Source: a candidate division WOR-3 bacterium (GTDB lineage: Bacteria; Hydrothermota; Hydrothermia; LBFQ01). Taken from it: a stretch of DNA of 64,000 bases. Shown here in pieces: positions 1-9,613 of the stretch (positions within the stretch are counted from its first letter, which is position 1; the number at the start of each line of letters is the position of its first letter). The notes beneath the pieces were generated by a model that worked only from the letters and a program-made list of their open reading frames with translations, ran no database searches and was not told where the DNA came from. The stretch spans positions 3,900-67,899 of the forward strand of contig JALWYV010000010.1 of NCBI GenBank assembly GCA_027003075.1, read 5' to 3'. The position numbers and the translations under genes are program-made.

Positions 1-1776
1 GATCAGCGCCACTCCCAGGCCGATGTACAGAACGCCCTCGTTCCTCCTGAAAAGCCTTCCGAAGTTGTTTTCAAGATACTTCCTGAGCATCCGGAAGACC
101 GGGTTTACGCTGTCGTAGTCCCCCAGATCCTTATCAACGAGTCTCTGAACGACCATCCTCTCGTCCTGAATCAGGCCCGTCGGGTAGTCCTTCCAGAGCT
201 TTTGGAGCTTATATCCATAGTCCCCCTTCTTTATCTTCACCATCCCCTTGACGGCGGCTGAGATGATGTTGGCCGTCAGGCACTCGGCGTCGTAATCCAT
301 CCTGTAGAGGTACCTGATAGCTGCGGGTGAGAGTCCCTTTGGGGGATGGAAAAGGGGCATTATCACGCCCTTTTTGGGGTCTCTGCCTACGAAGAACCAG
401 GCGACGGCGTAAAATAGAGCGAGGGCGAGGACTACGAGCCAGAAGGACAGGATACCACCGAAATCCCTGACGAATCCTCCGGCTCTCTTTGCAAACGGAG
501 GGGAGATGTACCCTCTGGGCCAGGAGAGGGATACGTTTACGTCGGTGAGGGAGGGAATGGGGGAGGTGGTGGCCAGGACCACATCGCCGTCCCCCCTCTC
601 CTTTTTGAACTCCGCCCTGTTCTGGTCGCTCTCGGCCGATACCGTTATCTTCTTCTCTGGAACCCCTCCCGGAAGGTCAAAGGAGACCTTCAGGGCGTAT
701 ATGGGAACGCTCACGTTGTCAGCGACCTCCCAGTTCAGGACGTCCTTTCCGTTCTCTGAGGTTATGAGGCCGTCTATCTCATAGGTGAAGGAGAGCCTGT
801 GGAGACCGGGATTCTGGGGAGGATTCTTCACGCGCAGGACGTACATCCAGTCCCTCAGCTCGTCAACGTACCACTTCACGGGTCTTCCGTTTATGAGGAT
901 CCTCTTCACATTAAGGCTGACCTTTCGCTTTACGCCGAACCTACCCTCCGTGTGAAGCGGGAAGTTCCTTATCTCCCCCTTCTTTCCGCCGTATATGTTC
1001 CCGACGACTTCAAGCTCTTCTTTAACGAGTATGCTTCCGTCTTTCCTGACCTTGACCTTCTGAACGTAGGACCTTATGCACCTCCTCTCTCCTCCGGGAC
1101 AGCTGCTCTCAAGGAGCTTTTTGACCCTCGCCGGAACGGAGACGTACCCTTTAGGCCATCCCACGACTATGGTCAGGCCCTCCTTCGGGTCCAACGGCCT
1201 CGTGGTCTTAAAGTGCGCCCTGCCGCTCCTATCAACCCACGCCCTGTAATCCTGCCCCTTGCTGCCGTACCTGCCCGTAAAGGCCTTAAGCCGTATTTTA
1301 TCCTTCGGAACTCCCTTCGGCAGTTCAACCACGGCCCTCACCTCGTACATGCGGAAAATCCAGTCGTTTCCCGTCACGTTCCAGTAGAGCTCGTCGTGAT
1401 CCTTGAATATTCCGAGCTGTTTGTCCGTCTCGTACTCTATCGTGTAGGTGTGGACCCCCGGCCTGAGGCGGACGTCCTTTCTGCCTATGAACAGTCTCAC
1501 ACCCCCGCTTATGCTCCGTGTGAAGTAGTTTTCGGGCCTTCCGTTTCTCAGAACCCTTAATACCCTGAACCCGACCTCGTACTTCCCTCCGAGGTACCTG
1601 GTCGGAAAGTCCCTGTATATGCCCCGTTTTATGTCAAATCCGGATGCCACTACCCTTATGTCCTCACGGACTCGCAGGGAGCCGTCTTTTCTCACCTTCA
1701 CGTACTGGTGGTAGGAGAGTATGCACTCGAACTCACCCCTTGGGCATGAGAGGGAGAGGAGTACAAGAAGGTGCAT
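1..1776 (-). CDS. DUF2207-family membrane protein (runs off the window start)
   Basis: Manual translation from ATG 1776 (AGGAGG upstream): MHLLVLLSLSCPRGEFECILSYHQYVKVRKDGSLRVREDIRVVASGFDIKRGIYRDFPTRY, a typical DUF2207 N-terminus. Missing from the ORF track because the stop lies outside the window. Confidence 0.75.
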   Translation of the reverse strand, partial: MHLLVLLSLSCPRGEFECILSYHQYVKVRKDGSLRVREDIRVVASGFDIKRGIYRDFPTRYLGGKYEVGFRVLRVLRNGRPENYFTRSISGGVRLFIGRKDVRLRPGVHTYTIEYETDKQLGIFKDHDELYWNVTGNDWIFRMYEVRAVVELPKGVPKDKIRLKAFTGRYGSKGQDYRAWVDRSGRAHFKTTRPLDPKEGLTIVVGWPKGYVSVPARVKKLLESSCPGGERRCIRSYVQKVKVRKDGSILVKEELEVVGNIYGGKKGEIRNFPLHTEGRFGVKRKVSLNVKRILINGRPVKWYVDELRDWMYVLRVKNPPQNPGLHRLSFTYEIDGLITSENGKDVLNWEVADNVSVPIYALKVSFDLPGGVPEKKITVSAESDQNRAEFKKERGDGDVVLATTSPIPSLTDVNVSLSWPRGYISPPFAKRAGGFVRDFGGILSFWLVVLALALFYAVAWFFVGRDPKKGVIMPLFHPPKGLSPAAIRYLYRMDYDAECLTANIISAAVKGMVKIKKGDYGYKLQKLWKDYPTGLIQDERMVVQRLVDKDLGDYDSVNPVFRMLRKYLENNFGRLFRRNEGVLYIGLGVALI

Positions 1777-1788
1777 CGCGTCCTCCTT

Positions 1789-4008
1789 TTACATTATCCC
1801 CTTTATTTTCATCACCTCGTCCCCGACCCTCACCTTGAGCAGGTAAGCTCCCTTCGGTAGGTCAAATCTGTACTCGTACCTGCCTGCCGGGAGGTAGCCG
1901 AGACTTACCCGTTTTACGAGCCTTCCATCTGCCGAGTACACGTCGTAGCCGACGTAGGATGGAGATGTAAAGGAAATTCTGAGAACATTTCTGAAAACGT
2001 CAACCGATATGGCCTCTCTCTCCGGTTTCTCATCAACGGATACCGCGGCCGGGACTTTAACGACGAAGGCCTCATCGTCAAGTGAGGTCGTACCGAAGAC
2101 CGTCCTGTTCAGGGAGAAGTCCGCGTAGTTGTTCGTCCTACCCGCTACCAACACCTCCCCGGAGGGGGAAATGGCCAGGGCGTAAGCGTAGTCGTCCATG
2201 CTTGAGGCCAGAATCGCAGTTGCCATGTGGGAAGATATATCTCCGGAAAGTTTCGTAAGGAAGGCGTCCTTGTACCCCGAACTACCGTATACCGTCCTAT
2301 CCTGCGAGAAATCGGAGGAGTTGTAAGCCATCCCCACAACGTAGACCTCACCGGAGGAGGATACGGCAACATCGTGAGCCTCATCCGAACCGGAGGACGT
2401 CAGTATGGCCGTCGCTTCATGGGTCGTTAGATCGTTGCTCAGTCTGGTTATAAAGGCGTCCGTAAAACCTCCGGAAGAGCCGAAAACCGTTCTGCCCGTT
2501 GAAAAGTTGTCCGGATCGTAGGTCCAGCCCACGACGAATATTTCTCCGGAAGGGGTAGGGGCGGACGCGACACCGTGGGCCTCGTCTCTGGAGGGGGATG
2601 CGATTATGGCGGTTCCGAGGTGGGTACTCAGGTCAAGGGAGAGCTTGGTAACGAAGGCATCGTACCCGCCGGGCGTACCGAAGATGCTTGAGGTGGCCGA
2701 GAAGTCCGTAGCATTACCCGTGTATCCGGCTACGATTATATCCCCCGAAGGGTCAAGTGCTATGGCCCTCCCGTAATCCGCGCTGTCGGACGTGAGTAGA
2801 ACCCTCGCCGTAAGGGTGGCGAGATCCGAAGTCAGCTTTGCGACGAACACCTCCTTTGACCCAACGCTGCTTCCAAACCTGGGGCCTGAGCCGGGAAAGT
2901 CAAGGTAGTATCCGGCACTCCCCACCACGTAAACGTACCCCGCGTTCACCACGACATCCAGAGCGGCGTCGGCTCCTGTAGATGCTATTATTGCCGTCGC
3001 CTCGTGGGTGGAGAGGTCGTCGCTCAACTTCGTGATGAAGGCGTCGTAGTTGTTCGGGCTTCCGTGAATTATCCTGCTGACGGAAAAGTTCGTGGCATCC
3101 CCCGTCCATCCCACCACGTAAACGTATCCGGTGTTATCAACGGCAAGTCCGAAGACCTCGTCCCACTGATCCGACATTATTATCGCCGTTGATATGTGTG
3201 TCGTCAGATCCGGACTGAGCTTTACGACGAAGGCGTCCTGATACCCGCTGAAGCTCCCGAAGACGTTCCTGCTTTCGGAGAAGTCGGAGTAGTTGAGGGT
3301 ATACCCGGCTAAGAAAACGTTTCCGTCGTTGTCAACGGCCACGGCGTTGGCGGCATCTCCCATGCTTGAGGCTACTATGGCCGTAACTACGGGGTCAATT
3401 ACGAGGGTGTACCTCGTGTCGTACCCTTTAACCTCAAAGCGAATCGTACCTCTGGATAGCACAGGTCTTACATTTATCTCCTCTGCCCCCTGATACGCCT
3501 TGAGGTCGCTCAACTTTACTATCTCCCTGCCGTTTTTGACGATGTACAGACCATCTTCCCGTACCTCAACATCCGCATCCGTCTCCAGGGCTATCTTCGT
3601 CGGATCCCCTCCCGGATAAACGACGAACTGAATCTCAAATCTGCCGTTCTCATCGGCGGTAAGCACGGCGTCTATATCAGGGTAGGCCTCCTTCAGAACG
3701 ATCCTCCTGTAAGTGGGAATCCCCTTGATCCCCTTTCCCTTACCGAAGTAGGAGATCCTAGTTCGCGCAGGCATGTCGGAAACGATAAAACGGGGGGACC
3801 CTACCCTTAAAGATACGTCTCCGATATGTATCCTGCCGTCCTCAAAGACGTAGGCTACGGTCGGATGCAGACTGTAGAACAGTATACTCTCCGGAAGCTG
3901 ACCGACGTTTTCCGCGAAGACCGTTTTCACACCCTGTTCGTAGGTCTCTCTGAGACCTACACCTGCTTCGGAACCTACGATGCCTTTGAGTGCCACCACC
4001 CAAAGCAT
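1789..4008 (-). CDS. SBBP beta-propeller repeat protein with T9SS-type C-terminal sorting domain
   Basis: Repeated D-A-x-A-x-A-V-D...YVVG-T...DAF(V/I)TKL units; N-terminal YD..TLVIDP domain; C-terminus DVYSADGRLV...LPKGAYLLKV. Confidence 0.8.
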   Translation of the reverse strand: MLWVVALKGIVGSEAGVGLRETYEQGVKTVFAENVGQLPESILFYSLHPTVAYVFEDGRIHIGDVSLRVGSPRFIVSDMPARTRISYFGKGKGIKGIPTYRRIVLKEAYPDIDAVLTADENGRFEIQFVVYPGGDPTKIALETDADVEVREDGLYIVKNGREIVKLSDLKAYQGAEEINVRPVLSRGTIRFEVKGYDTRYTLVIDPVVTAIVASSMGDAANAVAVDNDGNVFLAGYTLNYSDFSESRNVFGSFSGYQDAFVVKLSPDLTTHISTAIIMSDQWDEVFGLAVDNTGYVYVVGWTGDATNFSVSRIIHGSPNNYDAFITKLSDDLSTHEATAIIASTGADAALDVVVNAGYVYVVGSAGYYLDFPGSGPRFGSSVGSKEVFVAKLTSDLATLTARVLLTSDSADYGRAIALDPSGDIIVAGYTGNATDFSATSSIFGTPGGYDAFVTKLSLDLSTHLGTAIIASPSRDEAHGVASAPTPSGEIFVVGWTYDPDNFSTGRTVFGSSGGFTDAFITRLSNDLTTHEATAILTSSGSDEAHDVAVSSSGEVYVVGMAYNSSDFSQDRTVYGSSGYKDAFLTKLSGDISSHMATAILASSMDDYAYALAISPSGEVLVAGRTNNYADFSLNRTVFGTTSLDDEAFVVKVPAAVSVDEKPEREAISVDVFRNVLRISFTSPSYVGYDVYSADGRLVKRVSLGYLPAGRYEYRFDLPKGAYLLKVRVGDEVMKIKGIM

Positions 4009-4161
4009 ATCTTCAATTTTAAAGCCGAAACGCGAATTTTTTTCAGGAAGTACGTTACGATGTGAAAAACATTTTAGAAATGAGGGAAAAATTTCCCATT
4101 TTTCACCAAAATTTATCCGGCAAGTAGAGGCAAAACTGTTGATTAAACGTGTGTGAAGCTG

Positions 4162-5472
4162 CTATACTCCGGCTTTCAGCCTCTCCACGAACTCCCGCAT
4201 CTCCCTCAACGCTCTCTCCACGATGTACCTGCGCCTTTTGTCCCTCTTCATTCTGGGGACGTCCGGTACTATGCCGAAGTTGGCGTTCATGGGCTGGAAG
4301 TACTTAGGATCCGCCGAAGTAATGTAGTTAAAGAGCGATCCCATCATCGTATGGGTTGGCAGGATGACAGGTTCAAGGCCGAGGGCTATACGGGCGGCGT
4401 TGAGACCGGCGAGGTGACCTCCTGCTATGGCAGGGACGTACCCTTCCGTACCAGTTATCTGCCCGGCGAAGAGTATCCTCGGCTCCTTTCTGAGCTGTAG
4501 GGTAGGGAGTAGGAGGACGGGGGACTTTATAAAGGTGTTCCGATGGACGGCACCGTACCGGAGGAATTCGGCGTTCTCAAGGCCCGGTATCATCCGGAAT
4601 ACCCTCTTCTGCTCCCCCCACTTGAGCTGGGTCTGGAAACCCACCAGGTTCCATGCCTTACCCTCCATGTCCTCCCTGCGGAGCTGTACGACCGCGTAGG
4701 GGAGTTCACCCGTTCTCGGATCCTCAAGGCCCACGGGGCGCAACGGCCCGTACAGGAGTGTCTCTGGCCCCCGTCGGGCCATCTCCTCTATGGGAAGGCA
4801 GGCCTCAAAGTACTTAGCATCTTTTTCAAAGTCCTTGGGAGGATGTATTTCGGCGTTCACGAGGGCTTCCCAGAACCTCATGTACTCCTCCTTGGTCATG
4901 GGGGCGTTCAGGTAGGCCTCGTCCTGCTGTCCGAAGCGGTCTTTGAAGTAAAGTTTGCTGTAGTCAAGGGTATCGCCGTCCACTATAGGCGATTGGGCAT
5001 CGTAGAAGTGCAGGTACTCCTCACCGAGGAGTCGGCCGATGGCCTCGGAGAGGGGGTCGCTCGTAAGGGGTCCGGAGGCTATAACCACTATACCGTCGGG
5101 TATTTCCCTGACTTCCTCCCTTATAAAACGGATGTTGGGGTGGCTCTCTATGGCCTCTTCAACCTTTTTGGAAAAGCATTCTCTATCAATCGCGAGGGCC
5201 TTACCCCCCGGTAGCTCGCACTCCTTCGCGAACTTGAGGAGCGGAGAGCCGAGCATCTCCAGTTCGGCCTTTAAGAGGCCGGGGGCAGAGTGGAGGTCCT
5301 TGGATTTGAACGTGTTGGAGCATACGAGCTCGGCGGGTCTACCCGTTGAGTGGGCGGGGGTCATCTTCTTAGGTCTCATCTCGTAGAGGTCAACCTGTAC
5401 CCCCACGTTCGCGGCAACGAGGGCGGCTTCGCTGCCGGCAAGTCCGGCCCCTATTACGGTTATCTTCTTCAT
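4162..5472 (-). CDS. trmFO: tRNA (uracil-5)-methyltransferase, folate/FAD-dependent
   Basis: GAGLAGSEAA, AELVCSN, HRNTF, FAGQITGTEGY and FQPMNANFG motifs. Confidence 0.97.
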   Translation of the reverse strand: MKKITVIGAGLAGSEAALVAANVGVQVDLYEMRPKKMTPAHSTGRPAELVCSNTFKSKDLHSAPGLLKAELEMLGSPLLKFAKECELPGGKALAIDRECFSKKVEEAIESHPNIRFIREEVREIPDGIVVIASGPLTSDPLSEAIGRLLGEEYLHFYDAQSPIVDGDTLDYSKLYFKDRFGQQDEAYLNAPMTKEEYMRFWEALVNAEIHPPKDFEKDAKYFEACLPIEEMARRGPETLLYGPLRPVGLEDPRTGELPYAVVQLRREDMEGKAWNLVGFQTQLKWGEQKRVFRMIPGLENAEFLRYGAVHRNTFIKSPVLLLPTLQLRKEPRILFAGQITGTEGYVPAIAGGHLAGLNAARIALGLEPVILPTHTMMGSLFNYITSADPKYFQPMNANFGIVPDVPRMKRDKRRRYIVERALREMREFVERLKAGV

Positions 5473-5485
5473 TCGCCTTCCAATT

Positions 5486-6160
5486 CTAAGGTTGACGGGT
5501 TTCTGCCGCGTAAGGGCATTCCTCCCTCAGGGGACAGATATCGCACTTCGGGTTTACGGGTTTGCATATAGCCTGTCCAAAGCCCACAAGGTAACGGTTC
5601 ACCTCTCCCCACATCTCCTGAGGCAGATTCTCCATCAGGAACCTCTCAACGTCTTCGGGCTTCTTAGCGTTCGGGAGGAGTTTCCACCTCTCCTTTATTA
5701 TCCGATAAACGTGCGTATCCACTCCCACGGCGGGCTTACCGAAAGCGTTATAAAGTACTATGTTCGCCACCTTTCTGCCTACCCCCTTGAACGTGAGGAG
5801 TTCCTCAAGGGTGTCGGGTACCTTCCCACCGTACTCCTTAACTATCCTGCAGGCGGCCTCTTTAACGTTTCTGGCCTTCTGACGGTAAAATCCGAGGGGT
5901 TTGAGTATCCTCTCTATCTCCTCAAGGGACATATCGCACAGAGCTTCAGGGGTGGGCGCCCTCTTTAACAGCTCTGCGGCCACTTTATGGGTTACCTCGT
6001 CCCTCGCCCTTATGCTCAGCATGGTGGTTATGAGGGCGTGGAAGGGTGAACGGGTTTTTACCTTCTTCATGAGCTTCACCGGTGCATCGTCTTCGGACAG
6101 GTTTTCGTAGATCTCTTTCACTACGCTGACAAATTTACGTAGGCGAGTTTCGGGATCCAT
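5486..6160 (-). CDS. nth: Endonuclease III (HhH-GPD, 4Fe-4S)
   Basis: GVGRKVANIVL HhH, VDTHV, C-terminal CKPVNPKCDICPLREEC cluster motif. Confidence 0.93.
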   Translation of the reverse strand: MDPETRLRKFVSVVKEIYENLSEDDAPVKLMKKVKTRSPFHALITTMLSIRARDEVTHKVAAELLKRAPTPEALCDMSLEEIERILKPLGFYRQKARNVKEAACRIVKEYGGKVPDTLEELLTFKGVGRKVANIVLYNAFGKPAVGVDTHVYRIIKERWKLLPNAKKPEDVERFLMENLPQEMWGEVNRYLVGFGQAICKPVNPKCDICPLREECPYAAETRQP

Positions 6161-6180
6161 GGGTGGAGATTGTAGGGGCG

Positions 6181-6210
6181 TTTACACATGTCCAGTTACG
6201 CCCGTATAAT
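6181..6210 (+). promoter_or_regulatory. Sigma70-type promoter with no downstream ORF
   Basis: TTTACA (6181-6186), 18-nt spacer, TATAAT (6205-6210). Confidence 0.6.
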
Positions 6211-6216
6211 ACCGGA

Positions 6217-6420
6217 GAACGGTATAAGATAAGGAGCCGGTAGCGAAGGGCAGAGAGAACTAAAGCCCGTCCCCGGGAGAGAGACAGAGGAGGCAGGGGA
6301 GGGGCAGGGAGCCGCCGGGAAGTGCGTGCCTACAGCGGGTGGTCGCCTGAGGGCGGCCTATGGGGGGGACTGGCCCCAGTCTCGGCTGGGGGCTGTGAGG
6401 CACGAGGCGGCGAAGTTTTG
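6217..6420 (+). ncRNA. Candidate structured ncRNA, family unassigned
   Basis: Nested stems GCCGCC/GGCGGC (6311-6316/6406-6411) and CGTGCCTACAGC/GCTGTGAGGCACG (6325-6336/6392-6404) enclose two tetraloop hairpins; G-U pairs fit the + strand. Confidence 0.45.
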
Positions 6421-6545
6421 GTGTATTAACTCGCGGGACGGGTCTGTAAATTCATAAATTTTCAAAGATGCAAGATCGGAGGTTCAGCAAAAATTGGGGA
6501 AAATGAGGGGGTGTAAGTTTGAAAATTATTCATCTGACGGATCGG
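6412..6545 (+). promoter_or_regulatory. CRISPR leader
   Basis: AT-rich non-coding stretch adjoining the first intact repeat, at the opposite end from the degenerate repeat. Confidence 0.6.
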
Positions 6546-6837
6546 GTCTCAAATCTACCTTGTGGAATTTGAACTTGATGATGTGGAATACGACGTTCGT
6601 ACGGTTCCACTGTCTCAAATCTACCTTGTGGAATTTGAACTCTAAACCCCACTTCCTTCATCCATCTATACAACTCCGTCTCAAATCTACCTTGTGGAAT
6701 TTGAACCCTCGTATCATGCATCACAGATCCAGTTTCTGTATGTGTCTCAAATCTACCTTGTGGAATTTGAACTGTATAAGAGCGTCTATGTCCCTGTACT
6801 GCTCCATCTTGTCTCAAATACCTTGTGAAAGGGTAAA
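6546..6837 (+). CRISPR. CRISPR array: 4 identical 29-bp repeats plus 1 degenerate repeat, 4 spacers
   Basis: Repeat GTCTCAAATCTACCTTGTGGAATTTGAAC at 6546, 6612, 6678 and 6744; degenerate GTCTCAAATACCTTGTGAAAG at 6811; unique spacers of 37, 37, 37 and 38 bp. Confidence 0.96.
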
Positions 6838-6900
6838 ATCTAAATTTATACGACCGTCCTTTCACTCTTACATGGGTCTCTCCCTTACAATTTCCCCTGC

Positions 6901-7137
6901 ATGGCCGGTCTTGAATGGCTCTTTTTACCTCTTATTTTCGTGATCCCGGCCTTTGTAGGGTTTATCACAGTCCTCGCATTCTTAGGGGTGTGGCGTGGCA
7001 TTACCCTGAATATCCTCTCCGGCCTCTTTGGGTACCTTATCAGCCCGTGGATATTCTGGGGATGGTTGTTCATCCTCTCCCTCGTCGGTTTCCTTACGGT
7101 GTGGATGACGGTTTCCAACACTCTCAGGGATCTTTAA
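6901..7137 (+). CDS. Small hydrophobic membrane protein (78 aa)
   Basis: Two to three hydrophobic segments; TACAAT 9 nt before the ATG, as in other genes here. Confidence 0.6.
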   Translation: MAGLEWLFLPLIFVIPAFVGFITVLAFLGVWRGITLNILSGLFGYLISPWIFWGWLFILSLVGFLTVWMTVSNTLRDL

Positions 7138-7169
7138 AGGTACACTCCGCCCGTAGAATAGGCCGGACT

Positions 7170-8477
7170 TTGAAGATAAGGTCCATCCTCTCCTTCTCCG
7201 CCGGCACCCTCCTGAGCCGTATCCTCGGCTTCGTACGGGAACTGGTGTTCGCCTACGCCCTCGGAGCTTCACCCTACGCCGACGCCGTGGTTGTGGCCGT
7301 GAGAATACCCACGATGCTCCGGGGAATGTTGGCGGAGGGGGTTTCGCAGAACGCCTTCGTCCCCGTCCTCGCCCGCTGGAAGGACAGAAGTCTACTGTGG
7401 GCGCTTATCTTCATAATCCTCGGAACGACCCTGATTCTGGTCCCGATTGGTGTAATATTCGCCCCCCTCATCACGAAGGTTATAGTGCCGGGTTTCGTAC
7501 AGGATGCCGACAAGTTCGCCTTTACCGTTCTCGGAGTACGCATAACCTTTCCCTCCCTCATCTTCATAAGCGGGGCAGCCATAGCCATGGGTGTACTCAA
7601 CACGAGGGGGAGGTTCTTCATAACGGGCGTATCACCCGTTTTCTTCAATATCGGAAGTATCGTTCTCCTGCTCTTTGCCCATAGGTGGCCCGTACTCGGC
7701 GCGGCCGCCTTTACCGTAGGGACAGCCCTTCAGTTCCTCTTTTTACTTCCCTTCGCGTGGGAGAAGTACGAGAGGCCCAACTTCAAACATCCGGCCATAA
7801 AGGACTTCCTGAAAAACTGGTTTTCCATGAGCCTGAACACCGGCTTCCTCCAGACCTCAACCCTGATAAACGCAATCGTCGCCTCTTTCCTGCCTACAGG
7901 ATCGCTCGCATACCTGAGCTACGCCTTCCGGCTGGTACACCTGCCTCAGGGCCTCTTCGGAGTGGCAACGGGTACGGTTTTAACCAAAAGCGTATCAGAA
8001 GACGAAGCCCACGCCCGTGAACACACGTGGAAGGGGATAATTTTCGTATCCGCAATCACCCTGACGATAGCCCTCCTGTACGCCCTATTCGGGGAAATCT
8101 TTATAAAACTCGCCTTCGTTAGGGGAAGGTTCACACCGGAGGACGCCCACAACACCTTTCGGGTTCTCCTCGGTTACGTCCCGACTATACCGGCCTACGC
8201 CCTCTCCTCCGTTTACCTCTCCTACCTCTTCGCCGTTTTTCGCAGGAAGCACGCCAATATCGGTCTGGCTATATCAACCGTCACCAACCTTCTGATAGTT
8301 TTCCCCCTCTCCCGGATGTTGGGAGCCACGGGTATAGCCTACGCCGTATCTCTCGCCACCACCTCCTCCGTCCTCTTTTGGGCGTTCAGGAGCTTCGGAG
8401 TAGGGAGGGAGAGCCTTCTAACAACGGCGACCTTGCTTGTGGCCTTCCTTATATCCCTCCTGCGGCTGTTTGCGTAG
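7170..8477 (+). CDS. murJ: Lipid II flippase MurJ/MviN
   Basis: TLLSRILGFVRE, LAEG..NAFVP and YAFRLVHLPQGLFG motifs; probable TTG start at 7170 after TAGAAT (ORF track extends to 6915). Confidence 0.92.
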   Translation: MKIRSILSFSAGTLLSRILGFVRELVFAYALGASPYADAVVVAVRIPTMLRGMLAEGVSQNAFVPVLARWKDRSLLWALIFIILGTTLILVPIGVIFAPLITKVIVPGFVQDADKFAFTVLGVRITFPSLIFISGAAIAMGVLNTRGRFFITGVSPVFFNIGSIVLLLFAHRWPVLGAAAFTVGTALQFLFLLPFAWEKYERPNFKHPAIKDFLKNWFSMSLNTGFLQTSTLINAIVASFLPTGSLAYLSYAFRLVHLPQGLFGVATGTVLTKSVSEDEAHAREHTWKGIIFVSAITLTIALLYALFGEIFIKLAFVRGRFTPEDAHNTFRVLLGYVPTIPAYALSSVYLSYLFAVFRRKHANIGLAISTVTNLLIVFPLSRMLGATGIAYAVSLATTSSVLFWAFRSFGVGRESLLTTATLLVAFLISLLRLFA

Positions 8478-8480
8478 GGT

Positions 8481-9545
8481 TTACCCTTCCATACGTCTCT
8501 CAATCACCTCTTCAACGTACCTGCGGACGTCCTCTAAACCTATCCTGCCAAGGGCAGGCTCAAAGAAGCCCATAACTATGAGCTTCTGGGCGTCTATACG
8601 GCTCAGCCCACGGCTCATAAGGTAGAAGATCTGCTCCTCGTCTATGGGGCCGACCGTCGCACCGTGGGTCGCCCTGACCTCGTCCGTCATTATCTCCAGC
8701 CCCGGTATGGAGTCCGCCCTTGCTCCGCTGTTGAGCAGGAGGGTATGCTCGGAGAGGTAAGCGTCCGCATGCTGGGCCTCGTGCTGTATATCTATCATGC
8801 CGTAGAGTACGGCCCTCGCCGTGTCCTTCAGAACCGCCCTTACCGTGGACTCCCCCTTGGTCATGGGGGCCGTGAAGTTGAGGTAGGTCGTCAGGTCGTA
8901 GTGCTGGGAGTCGTGTCCGAAGAGGACCTGAACGTCCTCAACCATCGCCTCGGCACCGACGGGTGTAACCTTGTGTTTGGCCATAACGAACTTCCCGCCG
9001 AACCACGAACCCACCAGTTTGCCTGTGCCTCTACCGCTGACGACGGCACCACGGTCGGCGAATATAACGCTGTCGTCGTCCATGGTTTCAACGGCACTAA
9101 GGATGAGGCTGGCGTCTTCCTCAACCTTTGCCTCCACCACTTCGGTGTATAGGCCGCTCCCGGAGACTTCAAGGACCACGGAAAGGGAACTCCCCCGTCC
9201 CATCTCAACCCTCAGGTGGAAATGTTCCCTGCCCTCAACGTTCACCCTTATGCGGGCAGGCTCTTCGCTCTTAAGACCCTCAGGCACCCTTATTATGAGA
9301 GGGGAACCGAGGTTCATGTAATGGAAGGCTACGAACTTCCACGCGTCCGGGGGGACTATGTCACCTATTTGGCCTTCCTCAAGGAGTTCAACCCCCTTCG
9401 GCAGATCCACCTGAATGTCCGCCTTTGTCTCCTCCGGATACACGTAATCCCCCCACCACGAAAGGGTCGTGTACTTGCTGGAGGGAAGGGGAAGTTCCTC
9501 GTAAAGCTTTTTTGCTCTCTCGCGTATGTTAGGAATTGCGACCAT
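8481..9545 (-). CDS. sufD: SufD/SufB-family Fe-S assembly protein
   Basis: LLLNSGARADSIPGLEI..DEVRATHGATVGPIDEEQIFYLMSRGL. Confidence 0.85.
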   Translation of the reverse strand: MVAIPNIRERAKKLYEELPLPSSKYTTLSWWGDYVYPEETKADIQVDLPKGVELLEEGQIGDIVPPDAWKFVAFHYMNLGSPLIIRVPEGLKSEEPARIRVNVEGREHFHLRVEMGRGSSLSVVLEVSGSGLYTEVVEAKVEEDASLILSAVETMDDDSVIFADRGAVVSGRGTGKLVGSWFGGKFVMAKHKVTPVGAEAMVEDVQVLFGHDSQHYDLTTYLNFTAPMTKGESTVRAVLKDTARAVLYGMIDIQHEAQHADAYLSEHTLLLNSGARADSIPGLEIMTDEVRATHGATVGPIDEEQIFYLMSRGLSRIDAQKLIVMGFFEPALGRIGLEDVRRYVEEVIERRMEG

Positions 9546-9613
9546 AGACGGTATTATAGGGTTGAAACTTGACCCAATAGGTCAGGATTAAGCGGTGTTA
9601 GAATATCCCGCTT

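Noticed and set aside
4077..4104. Inverted repeat GGGAAA-AA-TTTCCC in an AT-rich intergenic region
   Set aside because: Too short and AT-rich to call as a terminator or operator
6217..6420. RNase P, tmRNA, SRP RNA or a known riboswitch
   Set aside because: Signature motifs (GAGGAAAGTCC, GGGG..TTCGA ends, CAGG..GGAAGCAGC) are absent
6217..6545. tracrRNA or anti-repeat near the array
   Set aside because: No extended complementarity to the repeat was found, and there is no class 2 effector in the window
6494..6943. ORFs 6494..6943 (+) and 6530..6865 (-) with repeated peptides
   Set aside because: They are translations of the CRISPR repeats; the 66-bp period keeps the frame open
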